Assembly (NCBI RefSeq): GCF_009834535.1
Contig: NC_045696.1
Location: forward strand, 2,978,001-3,042,000
DNA from: Camelus ferus
Taxonomy: Eukaryota
Direction of reading: 5' to 3'
Length of the DNA: 64,000 bases
In this document: positions 37,471-51,475 of the stretch, one piece after another
How positions within the stretch are numbered: position 1 is the first letter of the stretch
Layout: each line of letters opens with the position of its first letter
Notes under the pieces: generated by a model
Told to the model about the DNA's origin: nothing
Databases searched by the model: none
What the model saw: the letters and a program-made list of their open reading frames with translations, nothing else
Translations under genes and position numbers: made by a program

Positions 37471-37650
37471 GCAGGGTTCTCAGCGCTGGAGGCCCACGGG
37501 CATCTGCCCGGGGGATTAAGGCGCCGATGCCTGGCCCTTCCCTAGACCGGAGGAATCCGAATCTCCGGGGGTGGGCCTGGGCGTCTCTGTTTTTAAAACG
37601 GCACCAGGGTGCTGAGAGCCTCCTGACTGCTGCAAGTCAGAACCGCCTGG
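37471..37650. mobile_element. MER5A-like (hAT-Charlie) element
   Basis: CAGGGTTCTCA...GAATCCGAATCTCCGGGGGTGGGCCTGGG...TGTTTTTAA...AGAACCGCCTG, with degenerate terminal inverted repeats. Confidence 0.7.
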
Positions 37651-39010
37651 TCTGGTGCCAAGGGCTCTGTGACTGGGTCTGAGCTGGTGCGGGGGGCAGG
37701 GTGGGCGTTGCTGGGGAGAAGCGGGGGCCCCTTGAAAGGTGGGTTCTGGCCTAGAGCCAGGCTCCACGGGAAATACCATCCTCTCCGCCCCACCATCAGG
37801 TGTCCCCAGGCTGCTGACGACCACGTGAGCGGGTGCGTGACTGGTGCACCAGGAGGTCACACCGCTGACGGACGCTGGCCAGGCTGATCCCGCAGCTTCT
37901 CGAAGGGGACAAGCTCTCATCAGTTCCTCTTCAATGAGTCACTTGCCAGCTGCCCCTGAATTCACTCGTCTGCGCACATCCGCGTGCATGGCAGGGATGC
38001 GGCGACCGACTGCTGGTCCCAAAATGGAAATGCAGGTGACAGAACTCCATCAAAATAGAATAGGCAGTTTTCAAGACCCCACACTTTGAGGCTCAGCTGC
38101 GCTGGGCCTGCACTCAACGTGGCCTTGAGTCAGTGACCTGACCTCGGAGACGTGACTCAGTTGTGCGGAGGCAGGGGCTCCGAGCCCCAGGGCTTCTCCC
38201 TGCGGGTGTCCCTGATCCGATCACACTCCACCGCCGTGGACTATACGCTGCTCAGGGGCTGGGACGATGTCTTACTCATCTCAGTCATCTTCACAGCAGC
38301 CAGTGTGATGTCAGACACAAAATAGGCACACTTTTTTTTGAGGAAAGAGTGAATAAAGTCAGTGACGTCTGGGAGGCAAGGGATGAAACCAGCCACCACG
38401 AAGTGACAGGAGGCACATCTCTCTGGGACTCCCGGGCCCCATGACGACCAGGGAGACAGGCACACGCCAGCTGGTGTTTCCAGTGCGGTGGCGTTCCCTC
38501 CTCTTCGGAGTCCAGCGGGTGGGGGAGGAACAGGGGGCAGACGGAAGTCACATCTGCAAGTCCACCAGGAGCGGGCGGGTCACACGGCTGAATCCCACAT
38601 CTTGGACTCTGTGTATCACCCTTGCGCAGGGCGACAGCAGACGGGCCAGGGCGCGGTCTGAGCACCCACTCAGCCGGCAGTGTTTTCTTGAACATCAGGA
38701 CGTGCTGGGCGCTGAGCTCAACCCGTGACCAGGGTTGAGTGACCACTCAGAGAATAGCCATCTAATGCGGAGACAGACCCGCGTGCACAATACCAGCTCC
38801 ATTCAAGGGGTTGCCACGGCCATGGGGGCACCAGGACTCTGAGCAGAGGCACAGACCCTGCCTGGACGGGAGCCGCCCACTTCCCGTGGGCTGTGCAGAC
38901 CCAGGGCTACCGGGCCAGAGATGGGAGCGGTGTCTCTGGCCTCCGGCTTTCTGACCGCTTAACATTCTGCTTAAATGGTGCTGAATTTAGGACAGGGAAG
39001 AAGGCCTGCG

Positions 39011-39330
39011 GTGGTGTGTGCGTGGCTGTGTGTGTGTCTGTGTTTGTGTCTGTGTGTGTTTGTATCTGTGTGTGTTTGTGTGTCTCGCTGTGTGTGTGTG
39101 TGTCTGTGTTTGTGGGTGTCTGTGTTTGTGTCTGTGTGTGTGTGTGTGTGTTTCTATGTGTGTGTTTCTAGTGTGTGTGTGTCTGTGTGCGTGTCTGTGT
39201 TTGTGTCTGTGTGTGTCTGCATGTGTGTGGCTGTGGGTGTGTCTGCGTGTGTTTGTGTGTGTGTGTCTGTGTGTGTCTGTGTCTGTGTCTGTGTGTGTGT
39301 GTCTGTGTGCGTGTGGCTGTGTGTGTGTGC
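39011..39330. repeat. Long imperfect (TG)n/(TGTGTC)n microsatellite
   Basis: About 320 bp of TG-rich repeat. Confidence 0.95.
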
Positions 39331-41889
39331 ACCTTTCGAGCATCTGTGCAGAACTCGGAACCACAGAGCTGTCGCAAGAGAGCCCTGGACCCCGGCTTGT
39401 GGGGAAGCAGGGTAAAACGTCCACCTCAGACAAGACGACCCAGAGTGGCGCTAAGCTGCTCGTCCTGGGCGGTGAGCACGAGCGGGCTTTCCATGGTCCC
39501 TGACAGTCTGAGGATGCTGAGCGGGTCTTTCATGGTCAGCTGAGTCATCTTTGCTGCCTAATCTGTGCCCTGTTCACATCACGTTCCCGATAAATTGCTG
39601 GAGGAAAACAGATGAGCGTAAAGCCCACACGTGCACCAGCCCTACACAGGGGCGGCCGTGGCTGCCTTTTCAAGTGTCTTTGTGTTTAACGGCAGACGTT
39701 TTCTTATTTTTAGCTTTTAATTGCATTCATCGGAGCGCTGACACCAAAGAGATGGCTGTGACGCGTCCGCATGGAGGACGGGGCGCTTTGGGACGGACGT
39801 TCACGTTTGCTCCTGAGATCTGTCATTTCTTCCCGTTTTCATGTGGCCGGAACCGGCGCCTTGTGGTCTTTCTGAAGGAGGGATGGAGGTCAGAGTACTT
39901 GTTAGTGTCACACAGAACAGAAGAGCGCCGGGAAGCGAAAAGAGGATCCTGCTCAGAGGCCCAGCTGTGCGCTAGTTGCCGCGTCCCCACGGCCGGGAGC
40001 TAACTCTGGTCAGCTCAAGCCGGCAACCATCCCGGTGGGCGTGGCCCTGGCCACCTTCCCCTTTAGACGCCTGTGGACAAAGGTGGGGACTTTCTGGAAC
40101 ATCTGCTTCCAGTGAACCCCATTCAGGTTGGGCCTTCCCAGCGCAGGCACCCCCATGACAAGTCAAGTCTCAGCACAGATCCTGACAGAGCAGGGGATGG
40201 GGTGCCCTTCTGGCGACGGGAACGAGGCAGGGGTTCCTCCTCACACACACGGAGCAGAATTCTCCAGTTTCAGAAGTCGGAGAGAGAAAGTGGGCCCATC
40301 TGAGATCTTTGCTTCTGTGAGCTCCTGAGTTCTCCACGAGGTCCTTCCTGGGAATGAGGCCTTGCTGTCTGACAACCTCTTAAAACAACCTCAAATGTTA
40401 TTTTTACTGGACCCACAATAAGAAGGAAACTGGGCCCATGGGGTGGGGGCTGCTTTTGGCATGGGGGGGGCACCCTGCTCCCGTGGGAGGGCCTGGGGGC
40501 CTGGGGACCTTACAGAGAGGCTCATGGGGGTGATACCCCCTTAGATGTGCCACTAAGTCCTTGAGTCTCCTTTGTGAAAGGTTTTCAAGAGGTAATGTCT
40601 GTGGCAGAGATGTGAGCCTTTGTACCGAGACCCATCCAGGTGGCAGCTGCAGGGGGCAGTGATCAGGGTGATAATCGGTGTGTGGAAAGCAGGTTGGGAC
40701 AAGGTCCATCCACCCCTGTTAACAGACAGCGGCATCTTCCTTCTTTCTGCTGAGAAAAATAATCCATCACAAGAAGCCTCCCATGTGACAGAAATCTCGT
40801 TCGTAGGCAGACGGAAGAGCAGAAGATACCCACCGTGGTCTTCTGGTCCGGCTGCAGCGTGTGAAGAAAGACAGAGCCAGTGACCTTAGGGCATCAAGTC
40901 TGGTTGTGGTTAAAAAGAACATATGTCAGGGGAGCCGCCTGCTGTGCACTGGGGGACCTGCCAGGTGTTCCAGTCGTGGGTACCAGCCTGATCCTTGTTT
41001 GCAATGATGGAAACCACCCCTCAGTGAATAACCAACATGCACAGAATCCAAGGGAGGCTGGAGAAACGGGCTCAGAAGGCGGCAGGGGCCAGGCAGCCTG
41101 GCAGCTGGGAGCGCATCACATGGTTCCTGGGGAGTGTCTGCTACGGCACCGCTGCCTGCAGGCATTGGCTGTCGTGGCCCAGCTGCCTCGGGACACATGC
41201 CTGTCCCCTGTGGCGCAGGGTTCAGTGCTGGCTCGGCGGAGCTCAGCCCTGAGGGTCACTGTGTCCTCGTCGGGCTCTGTTGGTTCTGCTTGTCTGTTTA
41301 CGAGTGAAGCTGGCCACGGGAGAAACAAGAGATGCCCCGGGGATTCCATGGGTACCAAACAGTCTTTCCTCCCCTCTTGTGCATCACCAGCTCTGAACGC
41401 CCACGGCGATCAGGGTCAGCGACTCTGGCCAGCATGGCCCTGCGTCTCTCTGCCTGTCGGTCTGCAGGTGTGCGGAGCCCCTGTGCCGTGGCTGCCCGGC
41501 CTGTCCTTCGGGGCCCGTCATCCTCTTTCCTGCTCTGGCCACGGAGCCCAGGGCTGAGAGAGCACCCCCTTCCCCCTGCCACCAGCCCTGTCCTAAGAGG
41601 ACGGCCATCCTGACCGGTGGTATTGCCCTCTTGGGTGCATTTCTAGGATTCCTAGGGAAAAAATTTGCCAACCACTATGACACAAACTTGTAAATATTTG
41701 CTGTGGAAAGAGCTTTTGAAATCAGTAGACAGACCTTACAAAGACAGAGTGAAGCTGGGAACCGGGGGCCGCGGGGACGTGTGTGCCCTGATGAGCACCC
41801 CGCCAGGAACCCCGGCCTTTATCTGTCAGATTGGCAAGCCAGGAAGAAGTTTAGAAACTTCTTTAAAGGCTTCAAGTGTCTTTCCCGCT

Positions 41890-41938
41890 GCCACCTCCCC
41901 GGGCCACCTCCCCGGGCCACCTCCCCGGGCCACCCCCG
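41890..41938. repeat. 13-bp tandem repeat (GCCACCTCCCCGG), about 3.7 copies
   Basis: Directly visible. Confidence 0.92.
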
Positions 41939-43099
41939 TCACTGTTTCTGTAATGGGCGTCCTTTAGTGAGCTGTGCTGCTGTCACTCTCAGAACAGCTT
42001 TCACGTCTGTGCACTCTTCATGGACGGGGCCAGGGTGACACCCTTGGTCCACAACAGAGCAGATCATAGTTGGGAACAGGACAGGTAACGTGCCTGCATG
42101 GAATGGTGCGTATTGGTGGGGCTAGAAAAATGATTAGTGACCCATGCAAAGTTGAACTGACCATGGGCCAGGTGTGCCCGCTCGTGGGTGTGTGTATGTG
42201 CGTGTGTGAGGGAGCCCACGCCCCGCCCTGGGACGGTGAGGAGGCCAGGTGAGCAGGAGGCAGTGCGGGGATGGGCCGTGGGAGTCCTGCCCTGGCTCTG
42301 CTCCCAGCTTCCTGGGGGTTCTGAGCAAATCATTTCATCAGCTTCTGCATCTGAAGCCCCTAGAACCACTCTCAGCTCAGGTCTTAGGTTCTGTGGCCAT
42401 CAGGGGTGGGGTGGCTTTGGGACGAAGCTTTGCCAGGGAAGGGCTGGTCTGGGGGTGCCTGCAGAGCTGGCCCCTCGTGTGGCCCCACTGGTCTGCCGGC
42501 CGGGCTACACCTCAGGCCAGGTCTTGGCTAAGACCAGTCGCTGTGGGCGTGACCTGTCATGTGACACCTTCCTCTCTCCTGGAGTTTGCCAAGCCTGCAC
42601 AGGAGGGGCGTGAGATTTTATTGTGAGGGACAACACTGGGGTTAGTTGGGAACATGGAGCATTTTGGGTGGAGGACAGGCTGGGTGAGGCTCTCCAGTGG
42701 GCACTGGGGGCCCCGGGAAGGCACGGGGTCCCTCAGCACAGGCTGGGTGCTCAGAGCATGGGGAGGTGGGCAAACCCAAAGGCAAGTGGGCCTCTTAAAC
42801 GTCTCCTCCTGGGCCCTCGTCGTGCTTGGAGAGAGGAAGGCAGGCCCGTCTCTGCACCCTGATCCTATGACACAGAATTCATGCGGCCTCAGTGTCTCAG
42901 CCCCACAGCGGGCTCTCGTGGCCCGGCTGTCCTACACGGGAACGTACATTCCAAACGCCAGACAGCCCACTTCCGAGGGGCCTGTGGGACGTAACCCAGG
43001 CAGAGCGTTAGGCAGCGTGTACTCAAGCCTCTGAACCTTGCAGAAAGTCTGACCAAGTTCTTCCCACTTGTGTGCAGAGTCTAGGACAACATAGTCAGG

Positions 43100-44260
43100 C
43101 TGCCAATGGGAGCATATTTGGAGCTTTGATCTCTTGCTGTCAGAAGAGTGAATTATTGTTAAATTTATGCCGAGAACAGGAGTGTAAAGACTTCTGCTGC
43201 CAGTAATAGTGACCTAACCCTCCCTCTGAGGACAACGAGATACATTTGAACAAAATATCTGAAAAAAATGTCCTCGAATGCTGATGGGCTAATGAGTGGT
43301 GAAAACTGCGGGGCCAGCAGCAGGGGAAGATGGGAGTTTGGAGCGGTGAGCCCAGCGTCTGGGTCAGCTCTCCCACCCAGGGCGCTCGCCAGCCTCGGGA
43401 GGGGCCCCTGAGGGGCTGGGCAGCGCTTTGTGCCGTCCGCAGGAGGAGGGACAACAGGTAGAGGTCAAGATCCTCCAAGCCTGGGGGTCTTGGCAAACCT
43501 CCTTTGGGTTGGGGCTCTGAAGGGTTGCACCCAAGGCAGAGAGTGAACTGGAAATAAACAAGCCCTCACAGAAAGTTCAGTCCGGTTTTTTAGACACCAG
43601 GATGTCCCAGAAAAATCTCAGTTCGTAAAATGAGATTAAAATGATTCCAGATTGCCAATACAACCAGGTGCCTAGCAGCCACAAAAAATCCTCAGACAAA
43701 GATTTTATCGTCAATTATTTCCACAAAACATTTTTCTCTGAATGAGATGTCCAGCACACAATCTAAGTGAACACACGAAGAGAAACGACAGTCTTACAAG
43801 AACCAGCAGAAACAAAGGACAATAAAATTAGACCCCACCCCCCCCACCCCAGGGGGGTCTAGATATTTGAGTTAACCAAGTAAAATGTTAAAATAAGTGA
43901 GAATTGAAAACTATAAAAAATGACATAACACTAATGAAAATACCCAGATACAAATGTGAGAACTGCAATAGACAATCACTGAAATACAAACTCAACGTGC
44001 TGGTTTAACAAAATGTTAGATTACCCACTGAGAAAATCAGTGAATCTGAAATGGGTTAAAAGCAATTATCCAGAATAAGGCATGGAGAGACACAGGATTA
44101 AAAAGTAAAATTGAGGGTAAAAGACATAAAGGTTACTGTGGAAAGATTTCATAAATATTGACAGAATCTGAAGAGAGGGGAAGAAGGAGTTGGCAGAAGC
44201 AATACTTGAAGAGATATTGGCTGAGAGTTTTCTCTGTTGAAGAAAGGCATTTAAGACTAA
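43100..44260 (+). mobile_element. Ancient L1 5'/ORF1 region
   Basis: A-rich, with GAGAAAATCAGTGAATCTGAA...ATTATCCAGAAT...GCAGAAGCAATACTTGAAGAGATATTGGCTGAGAGTTTT typical of L1M ORF1. Confidence 0.75.
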
Positions 44261-46990
44261 ACACGTTCCTCTAGATGCTGCTTTGTTCCCCTGGAATATC
44301 TGCCCTTGTAACGAGGATTTGCAGCCTCTTCCTTGGGTTGTACGTTGATGGAGGAGATACCCAAACATTCGAAGGGTCGCTAGACACAGGGTAGAGCTGA
44401 CGCGGGTACCTACGGACCCAGGCCCTCAGGTGGCCCCTGCTGAAGTGGGGGATAAACAGACCGTGTAGTCAGTAGTTGTGGCCAAGGACTGGCCTACAGC
44501 AGGCCCACTGTGTCCCTGAACCCCTGTGGCCGTGTCCCCAGTCCCTGGATTGTAGCTGGGATAGGCAAGCTTGGCAGTCGGTGCCTTTGGCCTGTGGGGT
44601 CAAAGCAGCCACAGTGGGACGTGACAAGGGGAAGCGCCCTGACCCTGGCCAGGACAGTAAGTAAAACACACGACTCCATCCCCAGGGTGGGTGGAAACCG
44701 GTTCCGCACCAGAGGCTCCGAGGACGCAGGGGTGGCGGTCTCCAACCCCCCTCTATTTAATTTCTATCTAATTTAGCAGCCTCCCTGCAGAAAGCAGGAG
44801 AACCCTGAAGAGTGACCACGGACTCCAGCAAACGAGACGGGAGGCGGCCTGGCCCAGCCGCCCTCCAGCGAGGTCCTCTGCCGGAGCAGGTGAGCACAGC
44901 CTCCGGGGCACGGCTGCCCTCAGGGCGGGCCGAGCGCTCTTTTCCGTCCCTGGGAAGAAACAGTCTGCATTCACGTGGAAGGTGTAACAGGATATATTCC
45001 TGCTCTGCCTCGGGGCTGCGACAGAGGTCTGGGTGGCCCGGACATCCCGTAGAACATCACCTGGTCCTACCTCACTGATAACACCGTGCCCCCCGGGGGA
45101 GAAGCCCAAAGAGGCTCGCACACTGGAAGTCTCCATGAGATACCTGAGCCCCAGCAGGTGGGAGGGAAACCCTAAGACTATTCAGAGAACACCACGGTAA
45201 TCCAGTTCTCAGGGGGGCCCTAGCCAGGAGCAGGCCGCCTGCCTCCCCTCCAGTTCCTGCTTCTGGCGTCCCACCCAGACGATGCCCGGTGGGCCTCTGG
45301 GGACCCCGGAGGCTGCGCGTCCACAGCTGGGAGGCCGCTGCAGCCCACATGCTGCTGACGTGGACCCCGGAGCCGTGGGTCAGCGCCGAGCAGGGAAGGG
45401 CTCGGCAGCACGCCGGCTGAGGGCAAGCAGCCCCGAGGCTCGGGCCTGACACCAGGCAGACCGTGCGCCATCGGGGCATCGGCAGCGGGAAAAACGCTGG
45501 GTGATCTTTACAGCAAAACCACCATACAGGCCCCTGGGATCCTGGAGCAAAGCCACGCCACCTGCAGCAGAGAATTCTGTGCCTTTTGAAACACCACTGC
45601 TGGCGTGCTCCCGGGCCCCAGAGAGACAGGCGCTGCCCGCCCCCCAGGGCGAGCTGGGTCCCGTCACGCCCACAAGCTGCCCGGCTGTGGGGCTCAGAAA
45701 TAATCCGTCCCGGATGGAGATGCGCACCTGGGACCAGCAGGAGCAGAAGCGGAGGGCCCGCAGGCCCCGGGCCCCCAGCGCAGCCCCAGCTCGCACCCAG
45801 GCCCTCCGCAGGGCCCCTCCCGGGGAGCAGATGCAGGGGGCCAAGGCCCGCCGGGCTCTCTGGTGGGTCCAGCCCAGCCAGGACTTCACGGCCACCTCAC
45901 TGCAGCCTCACTCAGGCGCTTTAAAGAGAGTGAGGCGGGAAAACCCTCCCCACGGGCAGGGCTGTGGGGCCACCCGGGCCTCCCCTCTGTGCCCCAAGGT
46001 TAGAAGGGGCTTGAATCCGTGGGCAAAGGAGGAGGACTGGTCAGCTGGGCAGAGCCGGGGAGGGATGTGAGGAGCAGAACAAGGGGGTCTGAGCGGAGGC
46101 TGGTGGGCAGAGGGGACTGAGCCGGAGCCTGCAGGTCTGGGGAGCCGCGAGGAGCAAGGAGGAGCGTTCTCAGCAGCCCGGCAGGGAGGGTGGGGGCCAG
46201 CCTGCATCTGCGGGCAGTTCCTGCCTCAGATCTCCGCCGGGGACCAGGCCTGTGGTCTGGTCTGTGGGGCGGTCCCTCTCCTCCCTCGGCCGTGTCCTTC
46301 TCTGCCTCGCCTCTCCACGGCTGTCGATCCCAAGGGAGCTCCTCACACACGTCCTGTGTGCTAACCCTGTCCCCGAGTCTGCTCCGTGGGAGCCCGCCGG
46401 GACGTGGACCACATTCCAAGTGGAGAGAACGGGGCGGCTGTGCGTGGCTCTGATGCCCGCACACCCGCCTGCTGCCCGTGGCCCGCTCTCCTCTCACCTG
46501 GGCCAGCCCCTCCTCGACACCCCAGCTCCTGCTCAGTCCTGGACCAAGCTCTCCTCCGGCTCTCTGGGTGGTGTGGGGTGGTCTCTGAATCGGGGGTGAC
46601 GCCCAGTGGTCCTCATTGTGTCAAGGGGGACGCTTTTGGATCTGGAGACTGATGAAAAGACAAATGACCTCCCCATCACATTTAATACAGAATGTTGGAC
46701 CCGGGATGGGATGACAGTGACCAGCACATCCGTGGGAAGGGGGTCTCAGGGCTGAGCCGCCCTGGAATCCCAGCGGGGTGGGAACCGTGCCTCCACCTGG
46801 CCCTGATTCTCCCCCCACCCGGGAAGGGCCCCCATCCACCACGGTTCTCCCTTTGCTGTTACCCTCGCCGGCCACATCTGAACCGGGCCTGGGGGACCTG
46901 CCCTCCCGGAGGCCGAGGGCTTTCTTAGCCTGTCTGCTGCTCTCAGGAGAACGGGGCCGCGGGGGATTTTCAAGTTTTCAGTCTCAGATG

Positions 46991-47633
46991 CAGTTATTGT
47001 ATCTTTATTGTCTGTGGATTCTGTGTTTTTGAATTTGTCTACTCTGGAAAACTTAGTTGTAACCTCAAATCAGTACCGAGGAGCTTAGAGGTCGTTCTTG
47101 GATGTGCAGAGGGTGGGGGTGGGGCAAGGAGTCTGAGTGATCGGACAGGCACGTCCCCAGCTGAGGATGACAGGGCGACTCTGCCTTCTTGTTTCAGCTC
47201 ATGCTGCAAACCAGCGTCCTTTTCACGGCCTATTAAGTGCCATGCTCCTCGCTCTTCTGTGCTTTTTGCTAGTGAATCTGCTGTTTAAACAGCCCCAACC
47301 ACCGCGGGAAGAGCTGTCTGGGGTCCTGAGCACAGGGGGTCTGGGACGCGCCCTCCAGAGGAAGCACGTGTTTAGAGCAGCGTCCTCGGGGTGAGTGCAG
47401 GGCTGCTGGCCTGAGTTCAGTGTTAACTGACCAACAACCTATTAAATAAGTTGTCTTTAAACAAAACCCTCGTCAAACAAGGTCACGTATTGATTGATGG
47501 ATGAAATGCTGTGACCAGAGGCTGGCAGGACCCAGCCCTGTGTTCCCTTCGCCGCAGTGGCTCAGGTTCCCTAATTCTGGGTGCACAGCGGCTTCACGCA
47601 GCGTGACTCCTGCACGTGCCGGGACCTGACCGT
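46991..47633 (+). mobile_element. MER82 (TcMar-Tigger) DNA transposon, near full length
   Basis: CCCAGCTGAGG..GACTCTGCCTTCTTGTTTCAGCTC...GAGTTCAGTGTTAA...TATTAAATAAG.TGTCTTTAAACA...GTGACCAGAGGCT match the recalled MER82 consensus along its length. Confidence 0.85.
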
Positions 47634-50600
47634 GTTCTTCCTGGTGTGCAGCTCCCCGGAGGGTCGTCCTCTTACTGCACTGATGGAGAGAGACATTTGT
47701 GGTCTCTGAGCCCAAGAGCTGGCGTGGGAGAGACAACCACGTCCTCTTTCCTTGTGTCCACCCGGCCTGAACCCCGGGTGTCGCCTGGATCCGTCCAGGG
47801 GTTTCAGGAACGGCCGCGAGGCGGCGCCCTGACCTCATCCTGGGACATGGCTGGGTTGTGTGCAGCTGCTGCCTCGGGCGTTTCTCAGTTTCATCACTTT
47901 GCTGCTGGAGTTTGAGAATCAGTCTCTTCTTCCTAATCCACCAGCTCCTGAGTTTGCTAACCCCACCCCTTTCGTCCCTGTTTACAAACCAGGCCATTCT
48001 TTTCTGAGCTCATCAATTTGTTCAATGCCTGTTCAGCGAATCCAGCAGCAAGCAGTCACCACACACTACTAAAATCGCTTCCACCCGTGTCCCCGAGAGC
48101 TGCGGTGTCCTTGGGTGTAGGGTTGCCTCCCACGGTTCACAGGCAACAGTTTTGCCAAGCCCACCGGGAATGACCTCCTCCCGCCCCTGAGGGGGGTCTC
48201 CTCACCGCCCTGCCTCCAGCCCTTCAGTGTGTGGGATACATGGCTGGGACCACCTGGGACCAGGTCGCATCTAAGTCGGGCGTACAGGGCATCGGGTTCT
48301 CCACGTCACTGGCTGCCATGGCAGAAGGCAGACTCCTCAGGAGGGTCCCACGCGGGCAGCTGAATGCTCCAACCCAGAAGGGACATGCGTCACCCCCTGT
48401 CTTGCAATACTTTGGCCAAACAGGCTGGGACTGGCCGTGCAGCTGCTGTGTGTGCTTAGAAGTGGTGAGGATCAGAAATACTTGCTAAGAGAGGGCTGGT
48501 GGCAGCTACAGAGGACTCCAGGGATCCAGGGGAACGGATGCATTGTAAGCCTGCGTGGTGTGGCCTCAGGGCGGGGAGGACGAGCCCACAGACGGGCTTG
48601 CCCAGCGGGCAGGGGCCAGCACACACTGTCTCGTGGTCCAGCCCTGGCTGGCTCGTGCCAGCTGCACACAGGATGGTGTCACGACGGGCTGACTCGGCTC
48701 TCCGGGTTGAGTGAAACCTGGCACACACCGCTAGCCCACCTGAAAGCCCTTCGGGTCCGTGCACGGGTCCTACCTCAGGGAATTTTGTTCCCACTTGAGT
48801 CCAGAGCCTCCACTGCTCCCCACGCTGCATTTGCAAACGAACCTGGAAGCTTTGGAGAGAGCTGATCTGTCCTGGAGGGTGTCATTAGCACCGTCAGCTT
48901 GTCACTGATTTGCAAGCCCCCCAGTGGCTCCTGGTCCCCGTGAGACCTCGCCCCGGGCTCCTCTGCGTCATGGGCACTTGGTCTCCTCGCTTTTCACATA
49001 CTTCGGAGGCACTGATTTATCACTTCCCCTGCTTGGTGTTCCGGAGACATTCATTTTTCATTTCACGCTGCAGTTTCTAAAAATGAGCTTAGTGGTGACT
49101 TGAGTTTCTTACTCATTCCTCTTCCAACACCAGGCGGCTGGGTTCACGAAACCCTGCAGCTGAGGAGGTGAGTGGGGGCCCAGGTGAGCTCAGGTCACCA
49201 GCGCCCTCCGGCCTGGGGGCACCTGTGAGACCACCTGCAGACTGAGGCCACCGCAGAGGCCCGCGACTGAGGGCTCCCAGCTCTGATCCTGGTGGCCGAG
49301 CTGTGGGAAGTCACTCGGCCTCTTGGCCTTCGTGTACTTCGTCTGGATGGCGGACAAAGACAGAACAGAGCTGAGCAAAATGGCTGGTACAGGCAGTGAA
49401 GGTGTCTGGGTGCGATGATCCGATTCTGGAGGTTGCCTACAGATCGACACCGTGAGAGGGAAACGGACAGGCACCGTGACAGTGGCTTGGGCGGGGTGGG
49501 GGGCAGGCGTGCAGGGCTCATGGCGTCGTCTTGTCCATTTTGTGTGCGCGTGAAAACTCCCCTCATAAGAAGTACAGAAAAAATGAAAATCACGAGGACG
49601 TTTGCTCCAGCCTCTCTGGGAAAGGACAGACGGATAGTGAGCTGCAGGCAGACTCGCGGACGCCAACCCCGGCTCAGCCGGGAGGGAGCTAGCGCAGGTG
49701 GCCGCTCTGGATCTCAGCCCCTTCGTTATTTCATTAAATGAGGGTGGAGAGACAAGGGTCGGGGGGAGGGGTGGCGGCTGGCAGTGACAGAGCCTCCCCG
49801 TGGTGGGGGAGAAGTCCCCTGCCCGGTGGCGGGGGCCCGCCCTCCTCACGCCGGCCTGCAGGCCCCTGCCCCTCGCCAGGCTGACCACCGGACACACAGC
49901 GTTCCCGCTTCAGTTTCTTGTGTCTCATTAAATGTGACAGGAAAGCAAAGGGCCTCTGTGACAACCCAGCCCTTGAGAGAAGCTCGGCGGTGGGGGTTGA
50001 CCTGGGGGCCAGGGAGCCCCTGCAGAGGGGCCCTCCTGGGTCCTCCTGAGACTTGGCCCTGGGAGGCCCTCTCGTGGCAGCGTGAGAGTCTGGTTTGTAT
50101 TAAAACAGAACAAAGAAAACAAAAAAGAGGGGTCTTGGCCTTTCAGACCCCGGGGCCCACAGGTCCGATAAGCCCACCGACCCCTTGGCCGTGGGGGCCC
50201 CCGGTCGCCCTGCTTTGGGTGCAAGGGGCTCTGCAAAGACCAGGGCGCCCCCGGGGCGGCCAGCAGACGCGTCGCTGAATCAGCACTTACGAGGGACAGT
50301 GGGACAAGCGCTGCCCGGCGGCCGGGACTCCTGCTGGCCTCCACTGTGCTTTTCTTTGGGCCTCAGTGTCCTCAACAGTCAAGTGACCTCTGACGTTGCT
50401 GTCAGCTCTGAACTTGTGATTATGTGACCAAAACTGAATCCGCCACTCTTCTGCCCAAGACGGCCCTCCTTCTGGCATGCCCACCCCTGACTCCTCGTCC
50501 CCTGTTCCCCAGCCCCCAACTCCGCCTCTGTCTGCCCGCAGCAGCCCTGGCTCCACCTCCAAACCCTCCACCTGGTCATTACCAGCGTGGGCACCATCTC

Positions 50601-51475
50601 CCGAGTCCCTGCTCCGAGGGCCTGCTGGCTGCCGCCTCTGTCCGTCCAGCACTGCCCTCCCTCAGGTCTTCAATCCCGGGCCGTCCTGTTTCACCCGTCA
50701 CCCACCTCTTCGCCTGCCTGGGCCCCCCCCAACCCCAGCCCCCCTCCCGCCTCCCCCTGCGCCTCTCTGGCCCTCCGGCCTGGCCCCGCCAGTCCCAGTA
50801 AAGCAGCGTCCCCTGTTGCCAGGGCTCACCGACCGTCCCGCCAGCTTCCGTGGGCCGCTGGACGGTTTGCTCTGGGTCACCACCGAGTTCTTGGCTCAGC
50901 TACCCTCCCTCAAAGACGACCGACCGATGTACGTAACGCCCCCCCCCCCAGTCCCCTCGCTCACCCTCCCCCAGGACTGGCCATCCCTGAGATGGCACTG
51001 CTCCTCCGTCTGCTGCTGTGGGCCGTGGCCCCGCAGCGTCGACTCCTCGAGGCCGGGGGCTGTACTGCCCTGCTCGTCACCGTCTGTCTGTCTTCCTCCA
51101 GGGCTTGGCAACATCGTGTGGAAGGAAAGAATGACACCAGTCTACTGGTCAGGTTTGACGTCTCGACTCCAGGCACCCGAGAGGTGTCTTCATGGGGTGT
51201 GGTTTCAAGGCTGGGGTTCTGAACGCAGAGCTGGTGCAGATGGTGACGTCGGACGTCCCCGAGGGCGCGGCGGGGTCCTGGGCTCCACAGCCCTGCTAAG
51301 CGTCAGCGTCTTGAAAGCTGCGCTGAACCGCGGCTGCCCCAGAACCACTGCCCTGCACGGACAGCGCTTCACTTTCTTCCCAGTGTTGACCCTACTTTCA
51401 AAGTTAACTTTATTACTTCTGATGATGAAAATAAGACGTGTCCCCTTAAAACACGTAGGAACTAGAGGAAGACAT

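Noticed and set aside
38893..39543. Cys/Val- and His/Thr-rich ORFs resembling metal-binding proteins
   Set aside because: These are translations of a (TG)n microsatellite. The same applies at about 13.5, 28.1 and 51.5 kb.
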